A stretch of 64,000 nucleotides of DNA, from the NCBI GenBank assembly GCA_021812985.1, contig JAKAMG010000008.1, positions 9,681-73,680 on the forward strand, read 5' to 3'. This stretch comes from Bacteroidota bacterium. Lineage in GTDB: Bacteria > Bacteroidota > Ignavibacteria > Kryptoniales > JAKASW01. The notes below the pieces were generated by a model that was not told the DNA's origin, searched no databases, and worked only from the letters and a program-made list of their open reading frames with translations. Made by a program: the position numbers and the translations under genes. This document shows positions 62,264-64,000 of the stretch, piece after piece; the first letter of the stretch is position 1, and every line of letters begins with the position of its first letter.

Positions 62264-64000
62264 ATGGGCGATGGTCTCAAAACCGTCGATCCGGAGGATG
62301 TAGAACTCTCCCGCCTGATCGGTTCAATCATATTTGTCTTCGGCACAGTCATCACGGTATCGTGGATGATGGGACTTCCCCTCTTATGGTTTGATGGGTG
62401 GCCGCGCAGAATCACCCGCCCCAATTCGGGGCTCGGATTTCTGATCGCGGGACTCGCCCTCCGGCTCATACAGAAGGACCGGTTCGGGAATTCCTGGAAA
62501 GTGCCCTTGGTTCCGTTATCAGTTTCAAACAGACGGACGGTTTACCTCCTGAGTATCCTTCTGATCTCCCTCGGTGGTTTCGGTCTCATTGAAGAACTGT
62601 TCCGCCTTAACACAGGACTCAACTCATTCCTCATCCTTCATAAATGGTACAATGAAATTGACATTGCAGAGGCGAGGATGAGTCCGATTACCGCGTTGGA
62701 GTTCGTGTTGACCGGGATGGCATTCTTACTCACCGACAGGACGACTCGGAGGGGCATGATTCCGTCGGAAGCGGTTTCGCTGACAGTGTTGGCCATATCG
62801 CTCGACTCCATTACGGCTTTCCTCTACACTAACAACAGCATACCCGATTTCAGGACGGACTCTCCCATTCCGCTAGTTTCCTCTGTCGCTTTCATAGCGC
62901 TATCGACCGGCATGCTCGCCTCAAGAAAGGACCGCGGCCTCGTGTCAATCTGGGTGTCTGACTCCCAGGGGAGCACGCTCGTCCGAAGATGGCTTCCCAT
63001 CAGCATACTGATGTTCATACTCGCCGGCGAGATCGTGGATATGATGCAGGACTATGGCTGGGTCAGCCCAAGCATTTCACTCTCTATATTCACGATAACT
63101 GTAATCACGTTGACTGCTCTGGTGGTTCTGTCCTCCGCGGTCCGTCTCAACGAGTCGGAAAAACAGCTGGTCCATTCCAATAAACTCTACGCTTTGCTTA
63201 GCCAGTCGAATCAAACCATGGCCAGGGTGAGGGAGCGGAAGCAGCTCCTTCAATCGGTCTGCGATATAATGACCCGCTACGGAGACTTCAGGATAGCATG
63301 CGTTAAAATGTTAGACGGAGAGAACGGCACACCAAGGATCGAGGCGTGCTCAGGGGAGGGCTGCGATGAGTTGGTCAAGAGCCCTGAGTTCTCGAGCGAA
63401 ATTATGATGAACGATGCGGCGATCCCTCAGCTCAATGAAAGCGGGTGGTTCGTTATGAACGATCTGTACGGAGCGGAGGTGAATGACTCGGTCCGCACGA
63501 TACTACTCGCCGCAGGGCTGCACTCCGCCGTGCTTCTAAGCCTCCGTGCCTTCAATCGCCCCATCGGCGTGGTTGGCGTCTTCTCTGCTGAACCCGACTA
63601 TTTCAAAGAGAAGGAAATCGACCTGCTGCGGGAGGTATCCCTTGATCTCTCTTTTGCCCTTGAGGCGCTTGAACGGGAAACACACCGCGAGAATGCGGAA
63701 AGCGCCATGCGTGCAAGCGAAGAAAGATTCCGGGCAATATTCGAAAAGGCGGCGGTTGGGATTGTCCTCCTGACTCCGACTGGAATAATAACAAAGGCGA
63801 ACCCGCAGTTCTGCGACATGACCGGATACCCCGACTCCGAGCTGCCGGGGAGATCCTTCATCGAGATAACACATCCGGAGGACGCACGAAATGACGCGTC
63901 GAACCTGGACAGGATGATTCGAGGCGAGATCTCGACCTATTCGGTCGAAAAGAGGTACATAAGAAAGGGAGGGAGCGAAGTCTGGGCGCATCTTTCGTCG
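62264..64000 (+). CDS. Membrane-bound sensor protein with GAF and PAS domains (5' part, continues beyond the window)
   Basis: The ATG at 62264 follows GGAGGA. I translated the frame by hand to the window end without a stop. It has about 6-8 N-terminal TM segments. A GAF-like region follows (LLQSVCDIMTRYGDFRIACV...RPIGVVGVFSAEPDYFKEKEIDLLREV), then a PAS domain (EERFRAIFEKAAVGIVLLTPTGIITKANPQFCDMTGY). It is absent from the ORF track because it has no stop in the window. Confidence 0.75.
   Translation, partial: MGDGLKTVDPEDVELSRLIGSIIFVFGTVITVSWMMGLPLLWFDGWPRRITRPNSGLGFLIAGLALRLIQKDRFGNSWKVPLVPLSVSNRRTVYLLSILLISLGGFGLIEELFRLNTGLNSFLILHKWYNEIDIAEARMSPITALEFVLTGMAFLLTDRTTRRGMIPSEAVSLTVLAISLDSITAFLYTNNSIPDFRTDSPIPLVSSVAFIALSTGMLASRKDRGLVSIWVSDSQGSTLVRRWLPISILMFILAGEIVDMMQDYGWVSPSISLSIFTITVITLTALVVLSSAVRLNESEKQLVHSNKLYALLSQSNQTMARVRERKQLLQSVCDIMTRYGDFRIACVKMLDGENGTPRIEACSGEGCDELVKSPEFSSEIMMNDAAIPQLNESGWFVMNDLYGAEVNDSVRTILLAAGLHSAVLLSLRAFNRPIGVVGVFSAEPDYFKEKEIDLLREVSLDLSFALEALERETHRENAESAMRASEERFRAIFEKAAVGIVLLTPTGIITKANPQFCDMTGYPDSELPGRSFIEITHPEDARNDASNLDRMIRGEISTYSVEKRYIRKGGSEVWAHLSS

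Overview
This 64 kb window is mostly densely packed housekeeping genes from a bacterium that encodes both type IX secretion components (PorU-like C25 peptidase plus PorV/PorQ) and a MotA/MotB flagellar stator. That pairing suggests an FCB-superphylum-like lineage, but this is inference only and the lineage was not verified.

Recognisable core genes:
- Amino acid and central metabolism: SDR-type tdh, GH37 trehalase, a 3-hydroxyacyl-CoA dehydrogenase/crotonase pair, thrB, dapF, coaE, an aspartase-like lyase, pncA-like and sufS-sufU.
- Translation, RNA and cell cycle: an RluA-family pseudouridine synthase, der, rel-ruvX-mtgA, the conserved thrS-infC-rpmI-rplT-pheS-pheT block, zapA, rny and secA.
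- Transport and signalling: an ABC exporter pair, a CusR/CusS-like two-component system, and a partial GAF/PAS sensor at the 3' edge.
- RNA genes: tRNA-Leu(UAA) and tRNA-Val(GAC).

I found no CRISPR array, cas genes, integrase, transposase, reverse transcriptase or recognisable defence system.

Loci worth a second look:
1. An eight-CxxCH HAO-family cytochrome c, translationally coupled (ATGA overlap) to an internally duplicated 2x4-TM membrane protein with conserved histidines. This is a candidate uncharacterised respiratory module.
2. An ORF-poor island at about 20.85-24.3 kb, filled with a family of palindromic repeat units in both orientations. The units also flank an orphan, divergent NMO/PfaD-like oxidoreductase gene that lacks a canonical start codon where the conserved N-terminus seems to begin.
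3. A secreted Lys-rich protein with reiterated HxM motifs, directly downstream of the CusRS-like genes.
4. A 6S-RNA-like long interrupted hairpin between zapA and rny.
5. A structured thrS leader that ends in an intrinsic terminator 14 nt before the start codon.
6. A signal-peptide-bearing trehalase that carries a motif resembling the fungal neutral-trehalase Ca-binding motif.

All calls rest on reading the ORF translations and the DNA by eye. No searches or folding programs were run, so RNA ends and start codons are approximate.
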